DNA of 63,276 nt, filler included, from Dimargaris cristalligena (Eukaryota), in NCBI GenBank assembly GCA_003614675.1. It is 10 parts of 10 records of this genome, joined end to end, with 100 filler letters (N's around TTAATTAATTAA, not from the genome) between each part and the next. Parts side by side here need not be neighbours in the genome. Positions count along the whole stretch, not along the records: positions 57,102 to 63,276 come from ML003547.1; 9 more parts are not named here. One strand, written 5' to 3'. Under the pieces are notes generated by a model. It worked only from the letters and a program-made list of their open reading frames with translations, was not told the DNA's origin and did not search any database. The position numbers were made by a program, and so were the translations under genes. Positions 61,452 to 63,276 of the stretch are shown one piece after another (position 1 is the stretch's first letter; each line of letters opens with the position of its first letter).

Positions 61452-63276
61452 TTTCAAGGGGCAGTGAAGGAGTGAGAAAAGTTTGGAAAAATAGGAGAAG
61501 TTGGTCACAGTAGGGTTGGTTGACTAATATGCTAAGTAATAAAGCTGATGGAAATAAAAGTAGGGGGTTTCGATGATTAAATATGGAATCAATGAAATGA
61601 AGGTTGGTGAAATGATGATGTGAAGTAGGGTGGTCACCGCACGCTTTATATATGTAATATGGTGACCATCATCTCGTTCCAGCTACAGCGATGGACTCAA
61701 CAAAACCATTTTCCCATTTACGTGGGCCAGTTTACCCCTGTCCGCTGGGTAAATGATGAGCAATCCCGCTACTTCTGTGTGCGTTGCCGCTGTTCCACCA
61801 GAACAAAGAATATCTAGGGGATCGGTTCAGTTCTGCGGAGATACGAAAACCCGATTTAAAAGAAGGGCTTTATTGGTTGAAAATCAATTTCTGGTTGATT
61901 ATCATATTTGCATATCACCTGAATGCAAATGCGGCTGTTTTGGGTTTCGTCTCATGCCCGAGTGTAAGTTGGAGAGTCGCCCTATCCAATTCGTTGAAAA
62001 GAGATTCAACTTTCTCGCATTCAACGCGAGCACCATGTTTTTAAGGATTTACTTCCTTGTTCTTAGAAGAGTTAAAGGCAAGTGGGGCATTAAGTCGAAA
62101 AAATAGGAAGGCAGTAGATCTCGTATCGTCTTCCATTAATAATACGAAGAAGGGGATACAACCTGAATATCGGGAGGATAACACCCCATTTGTTCCGCTT
62201 GGCCATTGCCAGTAGTTCTTGAGGATAGACGAATGTCCAACATCTAGGCAATCCTCCCCTCCCTCCATCTTGTATTGCCGCTGGGTTCCGGTTTTACGGC
62301 ACTAAGTTTAGACATACACGTGAAAGCGGCGGGCTCCTTTTCAGGGTGCCGTGGTTCATGTGGTAGTGTTAAAAACGGGATTGAACGAGTGTAGAAGTAT
62401 TTAGGAAGCTAGCTTTATTATTATTAGCGGCCCCAATAGGGTGTGAAGATTAATGTAGCGATTGTAGGAAATGAAAGTAAACGTATGGGAGTAATAGTCA
62501 TCTGCGGATCCGTCTCTGGGTTGGCCAACTGTTCCTTTCTATGCTGGTATAACTCAAGAACCATGTATGCGCATATAGCCTTGGATGGTGCTCCCGGGTG
62601 GTTCGTACTATTCCTATGGTCTGGACGGACAGTCAGTATCCTTGCATAGCCTTCAGGATGAGTCGGGGGTAGTGGAGGAGAAGATACCATCGGAGGTCCA
62701 GCTGGATGCCTGACTATATGCACTGTCTGCTTGTCGCTGGGTACACCTGGCGCTGCAATATTAACAGTAGCATCCCCCGGCTGACCGTGACATTACTGTT
62801 AGCCGGGTTGAAGGAAACACGGTTTGTGGGGGTGAACATAGGCAGCAGTGCTTCGTTCATTGCTGCCAGCTATTTTACAAGTTCATAGTCCTATCGCAAT
62901 AATCATCTGTTTATTCATATGTTTATATATGTAGGAAAACGCGCGACATCATTGCACTGTGAAGTGAATCATTCGGTCCTTTCTGTCGTGGCATTTGCGA
63001 CGAGAGTTCACCGAAAAATAAGCTACAACCCAAATACTTTTATATTCCAATTTACATGACACACATCCAATTAACGGTATAAAACCCCCATAATACAAGG
63101 CTTTTTAAATAAATTGATATTTCCTTAGTCGACGCTGATTGTATCCGAAGGTCGGGAATATTCTTCAATATCCACCATTCCTCAGTTTCATTTGACATAA
63201 TAAATGAAATACGTGCCAATTGTTGAATTCATTGCACAACCCACCACCTAGGCTGAAAGCTGAGCAGTACACCTTG

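Noticed and set aside
61452-61508. Upstream GTG start of the 114-aa ORF
   Set aside because: In a eukaryote the ATG at 61451 is the plausible start, and it places the signal peptide at the N-terminus.

Overview
Eukaryotic, most likely fungal, nuclear DNA. The evidence is short GT-AG introns, TATA-box genes, an NRPS, and Lines- and ZZZ3-like genes. This gene mix suggests an early-diverging fungus such as a Zoopagomycota mycoparasite, but that is inference only. The window is not contiguous: it holds ten unrelated ~6.2-6.3 kb contigs in descending length order, joined by artificial 100-bp N-TTAATTAATTAA-N linkers. Contigs 1, 9 and 10 are graveyards of nested LTR retrotransposons that have almost completely lost CpG, including a Ty3/Gypsy with a dUTPase between RNase H and integrase, a Ty1/Copia, and five LTR/solo-LTR families. 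Contigs 2-6 and 10 carry isolated intronless secreted proteins, including small Trp-rich peptide precursors, plus a dispersed ~144-bp fold-back element. Contig 7 has an NRPS terminal epimerization domain and the ZZZ3-like and Lines-like genes. The most unusual part is contig 8 (44514-50711). It is non-coding and retains CpG. It is an array of three short conserved boxes at near-fixed spacing (~93-95 bp unit) separated by variable spacers, with compensatory base-pair changes in a hairpin box, a GCGNAGC mini-hairpin box, and a ~560-bp multi-hairpin core. I cannot assign it to any element I know.
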